Below are positions 1-8,108 of a stretch of DNA of 23,092 nucleotides, piece after piece. Under the pieces are notes generated by a model. It did no database searches. It was not told the origin of the DNA and saw nothing but the letters and a program-made list of their open reading frames with translations. This stretch comes from Candidatus Thorarchaeota archaeon (GTDB lineage Archaea; Asgardarchaeota; Thorarchaeia; Thorarchaeales; Thorarchaeaceae). Location: contig JBHLRP010000039.1 in assembly GCA_048882485.1 (NCBI GenBank), positions 1-23,092 of the forward strand, written 5' to 3'. Within the stretch, counting starts at the first letter, position 1. Each line of letters opens with the position of its first letter. The translations under genes were made by a program, and so were the position numbers.

Positions 1-1653
1 TGGCACATGGTCAGCCAGGCTCATCACTTCTCTATAATCTCGTTCTGCTTCGACAACTCTTTTCAATGCAGTGAAAATCCATCCCCTGGCTATTATTCTG
101 CAAGCATGGCCTCCCAGTGTATCGATTCTATTGTATTCATGGAACGTAAGGGCATCAGAAAGAGCGCCTCTGTACATTAAGTCAGTGGATGTTTGAGTCA
201 GTTTTGCGAGCGCCTCACTCTCAGATGCCAGTGAACGAACAGCAACTGACAATCCAAGAAGAGCATGGTCAGATTGCTTCTCAAATGCACTTTCGAGTCG
301 GTTGGCTGCTTCTGTCGCCAATTCTGCGATTCTATGTTCCATTTCCTTGGAAATCAGGTCTTTGGCCAGATTGTGAAGCGCGAACGTGCCATCGCCGCGG
401 TCTCTAATGAAGCTAAGATGAATCAACCTAGTCCATTGGTCCGAGTCCATTTCTGGCGCAATGATATTCAGCACTCTTTTATCGAAGAACGGGAGAATTC
501 CAGCTCGATTCACCAATCCTTGGAGTTCTTGTACCTGGCTGAAGAGTCTTCTCCAAGTCTTTAGACGAACTTCTTCGAGAGTGTCTGCCCGTAGGTTCTC
601 AATTGAGTCAAGGGAGAGCATGCCTGAATCAGCGACATCGCAAATAGTACCAATGACAAACGGATTCCCTCCGCTCACGCTGACTATTCGTTCTTGAAGA
701 GCGGAATCAGTGATTCCTCTCAATTCCAAGAGTTCAATGCAGCTTTCTCGTTCTAGCTCTGTGAGTTCAGATTCTTCAATGGCAATCTTTGCCTTATCCG
801 CAACGGGTCTTCTACTGGCCATCACTCCTACGCTGTTGGACAATGATGACAAGAACACTCGCCAGAGTTCAGACTCAGCAATCTCCTTCCCACCATACCT
901 CCAATGCGTCTTTTCTGCGTTGACCCTTTCGAAATGGTCAAAGAGAAAGAGGATTGGTAGTCCAGAGTTCGTTCGTTCGTTTATGTCTTCAAGCAACGCA
1001 TCTAGGTAGAGGAATTCAGCATGATGAGGATCCTTCCAAAGTATCTCAAGAAGTTTCTCAACATGATAATCTCCTAGTGTGTCTTGGAGCCATTTTCCGA
1101 CCGCTCCATACCTTTCTTTCAGCTTTGGAGCAACTTTTGCACTCACAGAACGGATTGCTATCCCGATGCTGACAAGAGAGCCTACGAATGGAATCGCAGA
1201 AATGACATCCTCTGCCCACTCCCGCCCGGATTCCTTGACTGGTTCGACTCCTTGTACAAACCGCTGTCTGATTTGCCAAAGAACATCAAATCTTTGCAGA
1301 GGAATTCCGAGCAACACTGCTCCCTTAGCCAAGACGTTCAATCGATCATAGAACTCGGTGTACTGCTGACAGTCAAGTACAATGGTGGACTCCACCGTCT
1401 TCTTCCAGTGTTCGAGAAGTGAACTTTTTCCAATCCCTCCAATACCACGAAGGTGTAATACAACACTCTTCTGCTTGCAGCGCCTAAGCGCCTCAGTCAT
1501 CCAGTCGATATACTCCTCTCTATCCACGAAGATCTTCTCAGAGGGTTCGAAGTGCTTGTACACTCTAGGATGCCCCGATTGAGCGATGAGGTACGTTCGA
1601 CCGGGTACCACATAAGCTAGCCGGTTCTTTATCCAAGGATAGCGAACTACCAT
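1..1653 (-). CDS. STAND-class P-loop NTPase (AAA_16/NB-ARC-like) with winged-helix region and probable start of helical/TPR repeats; 3'-truncated by the window edge
   Basis: Hand translation of the reverse strand gives an open frame from ATG at 1653 to base 1 (551 codons, no stop). Motifs: IFVDREE (FVGRE-like), Walker A GIGGIGKS (nt 1446-1423), Walker B ILFLFDHFE (~954-928), sensor-1-like VMASRR, GxP motif SGGNPF (~672-660), WHD FALHNL (MHD-like, ~384-367). The true start may be somewhat downstream of 1653. Confidence 0.88.
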   Translation of the reverse strand, partial: MVVRYPWIKNRLAYVVPGRTYLIAQSGHPRVYKHFEPSEKIFVDREEYIDWMTEALRRCKQKSVVLHLRGIGGIGKSSLLEHWKKTVESTIVLDCQQYTEFYDRLNVLAKGAVLLGIPLQRFDVLWQIRQRFVQGVEPVKESGREWAEDVISAIPFVGSLVSIGIAIRSVSAKVAPKLKERYGAVGKWLQDTLGDYHVEKLLEILWKDPHHAEFLYLDALLEDINERTNSGLPILFLFDHFERVNAEKTHWRYGGKEIAESELWRVFLSSLSNSVGVMASRRPVADKAKIAIEESELTELERESCIELLELRGITDSALQERIVSVSGGNPFVIGTICDVADSGMLSLDSIENLRADTLEEVRLKTWRRLFSQVQELQGLVNRAGILPFFDKRVLNIIAPEMDSDQWTRLIHLSFIRDRGDGTFALHNLAKDLISKEMEHRIAELATEAANRLESAFEKQSDHALLGLSVAVRSLASESEALAKLTQTSTDLMYRGALSDALTFHEYNRIDTLGGHACRIIARGWIFTALKRVVEAERDYREVMSLADHVP

Positions 1654-1882
1654 CCTAATAGCTCGATGAAGTCTCTAGGACGCACTCGAAGCGCAAATGA
1701 ATTATCTTTCGCAAATGGAGCATCGCTTGCTATAGCTTCAATAGCATCTCATTGCAATACTACAAAGCTATCGAGTTTTCAAAAAGAACCGAAAGATTAT
1801 ATCTCATGTTCAATACCATATCCTTCTCGTGCTACTCCAAATGGTTGGAGAATGCAAATGAAGCGAATGATGCCAGAAGGAG

Positions 1883-2434
1883 ATGGCAATCGTGTCAACG
1901 GGAAAGGATTTCATCGAGCAATTGAAGACTCAGTTTGATTCATCCTGGGATATGATACGCCAAGCAATCATGAATGTTCCAGATGAGAAATGGTCGACTG
2001 GATTGATTGGACGTGGTGAACCTTGGTTGGAACCAGAAGAGATGAATATTGAGTATTACTCCTACGTCGTGCTTCATCTGATTGAGAGTGCGGATTTCTA
2101 CTCTCGGGATGACCCAAACAATATGAAATGGGGTTCAGCGATTGGAGGAATTGACTGGAAGAATGAAACCCCACAAGAAACAGCATCCAGAATCTCAAAG
2201 GAAGCAATGCTTGATTACGCAAAAAAGATAGAATCCCAACTGACAAAGAAGCTCGATTCATTATCGATTGAAGACCTACTGGAACAGGATGGATTCTCCA
2301 AGTCGTATCCCAATCGCCTAGCGAAGTATCTGAGTCTCATGCGGCATACTATGTTTCATATAGGAGAGCTTGCCCGAGTCCTTAGGAACTATGGTTGTGA
2401 GCGTTTGAGCTGGGAGCATCAAGCGAATCCCTGA
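1883..2434 (+). CDS. DinB/YfiT-superfamily four-helix-bundle protein (putative metal-dependent)
   Basis: 183 aa. N-terminal 'AIMNVPDEKW' pattern, His in 'VVLHLIES' and C-terminal HxxxH-G 'RHTMFHIGEL' form the DinB His triad. AGGAG just upstream of the ATG. Confidence 0.8.
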   Translation: MAIVSTGKDFIEQLKTQFDSSWDMIRQAIMNVPDEKWSTGLIGRGEPWLEPEEMNIEYYSYVVLHLIESADFYSRDDPNNMKWGSAIGGIDWKNETPQETASRISKEAMLDYAKKIESQLTKKLDSLSIEDLLEQDGFSKSYPNRLAKYLSLMRHTMFHIGELARVLRNYGCERLSWEHQANP

Positions 2435-2479
2435 GATTTATCTTCCACTAGAAGGGAATCTTATTATTCATGAATCACA

Positions 2480-3490
2480 TTGACCCTTAAAATGTCAAAA
2501 CCATCAGATGTCAAAGTAATGGTAATCAATCGTGTTCCAGAAGACCATAGAGCGTACATTGCAAAGCTACTGGCAGATTATCCCCAGATTGAGATGTTCT
2601 ATCCAGAGTCCAAGGAGGAACAAATGAGGTTTGCACCTGATATGCGGGTCATTGTTGGGAGAGAGATTGAACTCGAGGTCCTCGAAGCCGCGAAGAAGCT
2701 TCAGATGTATGTCTTCTCAGGCACGGGTGTAGATGAATTGCTAAAAGCGTATTCTCAATTTTCAAGAAGGAAGGAGGTCATACTCTGCAATACACACAGA
2801 AGTTCCTACAACTGTGCTCAACATGTCATTGCACTGCTTTTTGGTCTGCTGAATAGACTGCTAATCCACGATCGACGTATGCGGAATCAAGAGCCAAGCA
2901 GAAGATATCCTGAATCCATAATCATCAGGGGTAAAACTATTGGGCTAATGGGTTATGGACCAATCAATCGATTTGTTCATGATTTTCTGAGAGGATTTGA
3001 TGTCAATTTCGCAATTATGAAACGGAGTTGGAAAGAGGACGAACTCACAGGTGATGCCGAACGGTATAGCTCAGACAGGACGATTGAGTTCATGCAGGAT
3101 ATCGACATCCTCGTAATCGCCCTGCCTCTCACCAAAGAAACTAGAGGTATGATAGGCACTATGGAACTTGAGGCACTCGGAGAAGATTCATTTCTCATCA
3201 ATGTTGCTCGTGGCGCAATAATTGACCAGGCAGCCCTATTCAATGCGCTAAAGGACGGTAAGATAGCTGGTGCTGGTCTTGATGTCTGGTATGATGTGGA
3301 AGAGGAGAGCAAGTATGGATATAGTCGTGAGTATCCATTTCACGAACTGGACAACGTTGTTCTTTCCCCTCATAGGGCCAATTCCGGAGGACGTATCACA
3401 AAGTGGAACCCAGTATTTGTGAACATAAAGAAACTTGCTGATGGCGACTCAAATCTTGTACATATCATCGATATCGAACGTGGCTACTGA
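2480..3490 (+). CDS. D-isomer-specific 2-hydroxyacid dehydrogenase family protein
   Basis: GTGVD motif, Rossmann-like GKTIGLMGYGPIN, ALPLTKETRGMI, INVARG (catalytic Arg), GAGLDVW, SPH (catalytic His), terminal RGY. Start is TTG 2480 or ATG 2492. Confidence 0.9.
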   Translation: MTLKMSKPSDVKVMVINRVPEDHRAYIAKLLADYPQIEMFYPESKEEQMRFAPDMRVIVGREIELEVLEAAKKLQMYVFSGTGVDELLKAYSQFSRRKEVILCNTHRSSYNCAQHVIALLFGLLNRLLIHDRRMRNQEPSRRYPESIIIRGKTIGLMGYGPINRFVHDFLRGFDVNFAIMKRSWKEDELTGDAERYSSDRTIEFMQDIDILVIALPLTKETRGMIGTMELEALGEDSFLINVARGAIIDQAALFNALKDGKIAGAGLDVWYDVEEESKYGYSREYPFHELDNVVLSPHRANSGGRITKWNPVFVNIKKLADGDSNLVHIIDIERGY

Positions 3491-3503
3491 CAAGGCCAAA
3501 ATG

Positions 3504-3566
3504 TTAAAGTCACTTTAAGAAATTTCTAGGTTTGCATATTTATTAAAGAATATAACTTTAATAAAT
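3504..3566. promoter_or_regulatory. Two AT-rich inverted repeats sharing TTAAAG/CTTTAA half-sites (candidate operators)
   Basis: TTAAAGT-C-ACTTTAA (3504-3518) and ATTTATTAAAG-N7-CTTTAATAAAT (3538-3566), both perfect, in the AT-rich gap upstream of the ABC cluster. The regulatory role is inferred. Confidence 0.4.
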
Positions 3567-3720
3567 GCCTAATGCCCATTTTCATAAATAGAAGCTATGT
3601 GATTTGGTTAATTCTTCTTTAATCAACCAACCAACTTAAATGATATGTTTCTCCCTCGAATACGAAGGATATGCAATTGAGTTCCCTCTCATCTGTCTTT
3701 AAATCATTTAACGATATTTT

Positions 3721-4872
3721 ATGATTTCTCCAATTGATAAGAACACTTTAATGTCAGTTTGGCTGTGTTTTTGGCTTGTGGTGGTTAAGACGGCTGATTG
3801 GAAAACAATGGCTATTGCTGGAACAGTAATAGCACTAATCGTCGGAGCAGGTGCGGGCTATCTAATAGGCGGATTTCAGACGAATGCCGACTATGAAGCT
3901 CGCATTGCTCAACTGGAACAAGAGATCATTGATCTCGGTGGAGTCGTGCCTGAGCCCAAACCAACAATTCGGTTCACCCGAGCTCAGACGAGCGTAAACT
4001 TCATTGACTACAGTAGAGAAAAGCAATTCCGAATTATGGAGGCAATGGGGTATACTGTAGATGTCCAATACGTGGATGTCACCCCTTCGATTGCAGCTTT
4101 GATTGCAGGGGAAGTAGATTTCATTGGTACAACTGCAATGGAATACCTTCCTGCCATTGAGGCAGGAGAAGATATCATTCAAATATGCCCAACAAACACA
4201 AGAGGTTATCTTCTTGTTACATCTGATGACATCAACTCTATTGCAGACCTGGAAGGCAGGATAATTGGAGCATCAAGTTACACCTCCATATCATATCTAT
4301 ATATGAAATACATCCTACTGGATAATGGAGTCGACCCTGCTTCAGTGACCTGGAGCATGGTAGGTGGAAGTTCAGCGAGAAATGCTGCACTGGCTGCAGG
4401 AAGCATAGATGCTGGACTACTCTATGCAGAATATGCGCTGGTTCTTGACACTTTACCTGGACTACACATCTTGGGATCTTTGCCAGAGTTCTCGGACACC
4501 GGAGAGGTAACTTCTGGTGTTGCAGTGCGAAAAGATTTCATGGACCAATATCCACAAGCTACAGCAAACTTTGTCAAGGCCGGTCTCCTCGCTAATATAT
4601 TTGCTCTGACCCAGAGAGATGCCTACATCGCGGAAGGCATGGCTTGGGTGGAGGAAGAGACCTCAGCTGGAAATAATATCAGCTACTATACACAACTCTA
4701 TGATGGATATCTGAGTTGGGGAGTATGGGACTTGGAATTCAATGCCGCAATGGCTGATAGAGCTGTAGAATTAGCGATAGACGCAGGGTCAATAACTACA
4801 AGCTTGGCGGCTAGCACGTGGAACGACTTTTCTTTGTGGACAAGTGCACTACAGGAGTACTATCAGGCGTAA
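3721..4872 (+). CDS. ABC transporter substrate-binding protein, SsuA/TauA/NMT1(THI5)-like, membrane-anchored
   Basis: N-terminal TM (AIAGTVIALIVGAGAGYLIGG) and a short coiled coil, then ALIAGEVDF, INSIADLEGRIIGAS and ARNAALAAGSIDAG, typical of this class II SBP family. The real start is probably GTG 3778/3781 or ATG 3808. Confidence 0.85.
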   Translation: MISPIDKNTLMSVWLCFWLVVVKTADWKTMAIAGTVIALIVGAGAGYLIGGFQTNADYEARIAQLEQEIIDLGGVVPEPKPTIRFTRAQTSVNFIDYSREKQFRIMEAMGYTVDVQYVDVTPSIAALIAGEVDFIGTTAMEYLPAIEAGEDIIQICPTNTRGYLLVTSDDINSIADLEGRIIGASSYTSISYLYMKYILLDNGVDPASVTWSMVGGSSARNAALAAGSIDAGLLYAEYALVLDTLPGLHILGSLPEFSDTGEVTSGVAVRKDFMDQYPQATANFVKAGLLANIFALTQRDAYIAEGMAWVEEETSAGNNISYYTQLYDGYLSWGVWDLEFNAAMADRAVELAIDAGSITTSLAASTWNDFSLWTSALQEYYQA

Positions 4873-4885
4873 GAAGTGATGATGT

Positions 4886-5656
4886 ATGAGATTTTCTAAG
4901 ATTCGTATTTCCAAGATTCGCTGGCTTCAATTCCTTGGATTCCTAGCCACGCTTGTGGTTTGGCAGATAATCTCATACATCATCCCTCCAATTTTTTTCT
5001 CCAATCCAGTAGACACAGGAATCGCATTGGTTAATGTCATTGCTTCCGGGGATATTCTCATCTATTTGCAGGAAACATTCTCGGCATATTTAGCGGGTTT
5101 TGTGCTGGCAGTCGGAATTGGCGTCCCTTTTGGTATTGTGGTGGGCTATTTTCGAACTCTTAGACTCACCCTTGATCCTGTTATAAGTGCAGCATATGCC
5201 ACACCGCGAGTGACGCTTATCCCCTTGATAGTCATCTGGTTTGGAATAGGCAGTCTATCCAGAGTGATATACATCTTCTTGTCAGCAGTCTTTCCTTGTA
5301 TCATTAATGTCATGCAGGGAGTAGCCTACACTGATCCAGAACTTCTAGAAACAGGACGAGCCTACTGTGCAAATGGGAATCAAATGATTACCAAGATAGT
5401 CATACCCAATGCCATTCCGTACATAGCGGTAGGAGTACGTCTTGCGTCAATTAGGTCCATGATTGGTGTAATCACTGCAGAAATGTTTCTGCAAGCAGTA
5501 GGGCTAGGAGGAGCCATTCTCCGCTATGGTCATGTTTTCAGGACAGACCTCTTGCTCGCCTTGGTTGTTGTAGTTGCCCTAATAGCCACTTCACTGTCGA
5601 TAGGCACAAAGAAGGTCGAAGAGAGAGTCACTAGTTGGAGGGCGGAGATAAGATAG
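4886..5656 (+). CDS. ABC transporter permease, SsuC/TauC-type
   Basis: 256 aa with about 6 TMs, 'PRVTLIPLIVIWFGIG', EAA-loop-like 'ELLETGRAYCAN...KIVIPNAIP', and 'AEMF...GLG'. Confidence 0.93.
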   Translation: MRFSKIRISKIRWLQFLGFLATLVVWQIISYIIPPIFFSNPVDTGIALVNVIASGDILIYLQETFSAYLAGFVLAVGIGVPFGIVVGYFRTLRLTLDPVISAAYATPRVTLIPLIVIWFGIGSLSRVIYIFLSAVFPCIINVMQGVAYTDPELLETGRAYCANGNQMITKIVIPNAIPYIAVGVRLASIRSMIGVITAEMFLQAVGLGGAILRYGHVFRTDLLLALVVVVALIATSLSIGTKKVEERVTSWRAEIR

Positions 5657-5758
5657 GGGTCATACAAACTCACCTCTCTGAAACCCAGAACCTATCGGAA
5701 TGAGATATATCATTCATTAATATGAACAACTATTTTATTATTCTAATAGACGATTACC

Positions 5759-5772
5759 GAAACATTTAATAA
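5759..5772 (+). promoter_or_regulatory. Candidate archaeal BRE/TATA promoter internal to the cluster
   Basis: GAAACA-TTTAATAA in the 172-nt AT-rich gap before the CMD gene; SD-like AGGAG at 5823-5827. Confidence 0.4.
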
Positions 5773-5828
5773 TCGCCACGAAGTAATGTGGTTGCTAACA
5801 AACACTTGAACTCCATGCATATAGGAGC

Positions 5829-6236
5829 TTGAATCAAATGGAAGAAGATTACAAAAAGAAAATGAAAGAAGCTAGAGACTACTGGATGAGCTATTACAAG
5901 ATCGAACCAGAGCAATACGAACGACTTGGAAAATACAATCCTGACATTATGGCCAGTTGGACGAATTTCCGCCGCTCAACTTGGAAAGTCCCTGGAGAGG
6001 GCGGACACCTTCCTTTCAAGTTCAAAGAACTTCTTGCCGTGGGAATCGAGGTAGCAGTTGGGAAACAGCACGTCGGACATGTTGAGCGAGCAATCGACAA
6101 TGGTGCTACAGTTGATGAGATAGCAGAGGTTCTGGGAATTTGCATTATGCTGGGAGGCATGATGACCTATGAAACAGGCGGCAAGGACGTGTTAAAGCGA
6201 GCTGAAGCTCACGCGAAGAAAATTGGGAAACTCTAG
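5829..6236 (+). CDS. Carboxymuconolactone decarboxylase (CMD/AhpD-fold) family protein
   Basis: 'LPFKFKELLAVGI...HVERAIDNGATVDEIAEVL' is the CMD signature. There is no CxxC. Likely start is ATG 5838, given SD spacing. Confidence 0.85.
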   Translation: MNQMEEDYKKKMKEARDYWMSYYKIEPEQYERLGKYNPDIMASWTNFRRSTWKVPGEGGHLPFKFKELLAVGIEVAVGKQHVGHVERAIDNGATVDEIAEVLGICIMLGGMMTYETGGKDVLKRAEAHAKKIGKL

Positions 6237-6292
6237 ACCGCAGGGGGAAAATTGCACCCATTATACATGATTTGCTGTAGGAAGGAAATATC

Positions 6293-7258
6293 ATGAAGTT
6301 TGGAGTACGTCTACCGAACTCTGGCCCATTTGCGACCAGAGATTCAATCCCTAGAATTGCTAAGAAATGCGCAAAGCTAGGCTATGACTCGCTATGGGTT
6401 CATGACCACATGCATTGGGGTGTGGAAGACGCCACACATTTTGCAGCTGGTTCGTATGAGGCTGTTAAGCATGGAACAAGGCAGAACTTCTTCGAATCCA
6501 TAACAACCCTGGCACACCTGAGCTCAATCGAGAAGATTCGTTTCGGAGTCGCTGCAGTTGTTCTACCTTTTAGGAGTCCACTTGCAATTGCACGCCAACA
6601 TGCGACACTTCATGAACTTACTGGAGGTCGTATGATCTTAGGTGTGTGTCCAGGCGGCATAGAACATGAATTCCAGCGTCTGAATCTCGATTTCAAGACG
6701 CGTGGTAAAGCCACAGAGGAATATATAGAAGTCATCAATTTGCTGTTTGATGAGGAGCCAGTAACGAATTATGATGGGGACCATATCAAAATCTCAAATG
6801 TTGAGTTCTTTCCGAAACCAAAGAACCTTCCAATGTGGTATGGCGCAAAGCCTGGATCAAGAACAGCTCGGAGAGTGGCTCAGTATTGTGATGGATGGAT
6901 TCCAGCCTATCTCACATGTGAACAATTTGAGGATATGGTGAAGATGATTGCAAAATACGCAGCGAAGTTTGATAGAAATTCAGACGATTTCACTATAGCC
7001 CATGAAACATATACTTGCATTGCGAAGACTAGCAAGGAGGCAGAGGATATCTCAAAGCAAACAATGAAGAAAATCTTCCCAGAGGCATATCAGAAAATCT
7101 TCTTGATTGGAACACCTGATGAAGTATATGACATGATTGCTAAATATGAAAAGGCCGGAGTCAACTACCATGAGGTGAAATTCATCAGTCAGAACGTAGG
7201 TCAGATGATAGAAATGATTGAGCTATTTTCGGAGGAGGTTAAGTCCAGATTTAGCTAG
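6293..7258 (+). CDS. Luciferase-like (LLM) flavin-dependent oxidoreductase, probably F420-dependent (Rv2161c/TIGR03619-like)
   Basis: MKFGVRLP start, LGYDSLWVHDH, VLPFRSPLAIARQHATLHELTGGRMILGV, EF...DFKTRG, FFPKP, ARRVAQYCDGW, LIGTPDEV. F420 dependence is inferred from motif resemblance and archaeal context. Confidence 0.88.
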   Translation: MKFGVRLPNSGPFATRDSIPRIAKKCAKLGYDSLWVHDHMHWGVEDATHFAAGSYEAVKHGTRQNFFESITTLAHLSSIEKIRFGVAAVVLPFRSPLAIARQHATLHELTGGRMILGVCPGGIEHEFQRLNLDFKTRGKATEEYIEVINLLFDEEPVTNYDGDHIKISNVEFFPKPKNLPMWYGAKPGSRTARRVAQYCDGWIPAYLTCEQFEDMVKMIAKYAAKFDRNSDDFTIAHETYTCIAKTSKEAEDISKQTMKKIFPEAYQKIFLIGTPDEVYDMIAKYEKAGVNYHEVKFISQNVGQMIEMIELFSEEVKSRFS

Positions 7259-7304
7259 GAAATCATGACCAAAAGCAATAATCCTTGAGGAGTAGTATAG
7301 GAGA

Positions 7305-8087
7305 ATGGCAATAGTCGAAGTAAAGAATGTTTCACACACCTTCACAAAGCAAACCAAAGAAGGAGTAGTGGAAACGCAGGCAATTTGTAATGCAAATCTG
7401 AGTGTCGAAAAAGATGAATTTCTGGTCATGCTGGGTCCAAGCGGATGCGGCAAGACGACTTTGCTTCGACTAATTCATGGGCTGATTAAGCCTACCGAAG
7501 GAGAGATTCTCGTCAATGGCAATCCGGTTGAGGGACCCGGAATGGATCGAGCATTTGTCTTTCAAGCCATCAATCTATTGCCATGGAGGAATGCACTCGA
7601 TAACGTGGTGTTGGGTCTTGAGATTAAGGGTATGGAGAGGGAAGAACAGGTAGATATAGCACATAAGTACATCGATATGGTGGGGTTAAGCGGTTTCGAG
7701 AATCATTATCCACATGAGCTAAGTGGAGGGATGCAGCAGAGGGTCGGGATAGCTCGTGCGCTTGCGGTCAGTCCAGAGATTCTTCTGATGGATGAGCCTT
7801 TTGGCTACCTTGATGCCCTAACAAGAATGGCTCTTCAAATGGAGCTTCTAGAAATCTGGTCTAAACAGAAAAAAACATGCATCTTCATCACACATGATTT
7901 GGATGAATCCATCTTTCTCGGAGATAGGGTCGTGCTTATGTCTTGTAGACCTGGACGAGTAACCGATACATTTCCCATTGACCTACCGAGACCTAGACCT
8001 GGTCATGATATTAGAAATACTCACGAGTTCCAAGAGATCCGGGCGAAAGTTTGGGCCAAGCTGAAGGAAGAGCTTGTTAACATGTAG
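7305..8087 (+). CDS. ABC transporter ATP-binding protein, SsuB/TauB/NrtD-type
   Basis: Walker A GPSGCGKT, Q-loop FVFQ, signature LSGGMQQR, Walker B LLMDEPF, H-loop ITHD, C-terminal IDLPRPR. Confidence 0.96.
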   Translation: MAIVEVKNVSHTFTKQTKEGVVETQAICNANLSVEKDEFLVMLGPSGCGKTTLLRLIHGLIKPTEGEILVNGNPVEGPGMDRAFVFQAINLLPWRNALDNVVLGLEIKGMEREEQVDIAHKYIDMVGLSGFENHYPHELSGGMQQRVGIARALAVSPEILLMDEPFGYLDALTRMALQMELLEIWSKQKKTCIFITHDLDESIFLGDRVVLMSCRPGRVTDTFPIDLPRPRPGHDIRNTHEFQEIRAKVWAKLKEELVNM

Positions 8088-8108
8088 ATTATCAGTAATT
8101 GAGGTTGT

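Noticed and set aside
189-1938. Many short plus-strand ORFs (189..407, 265..564, 461..697, 710..1009, 954..1172, 1079..1351, 1084..1422, 1382..1582, 1666..1938) and 1058..1279 (-)
   Set aside because: All but 1666..1938 are shadows of the motif-bearing STAND ORF. 1666..1938 spans the divergent promoter gap, overlaps the DinB gene and has no protein-like features.
3721-8087. Calling the cluster ssuABCD or rut
   Set aside because: The LLM lacks a resemblance to SsuD/RutA that I can support, and no FMN reductase (SsuE/RutF) is present.
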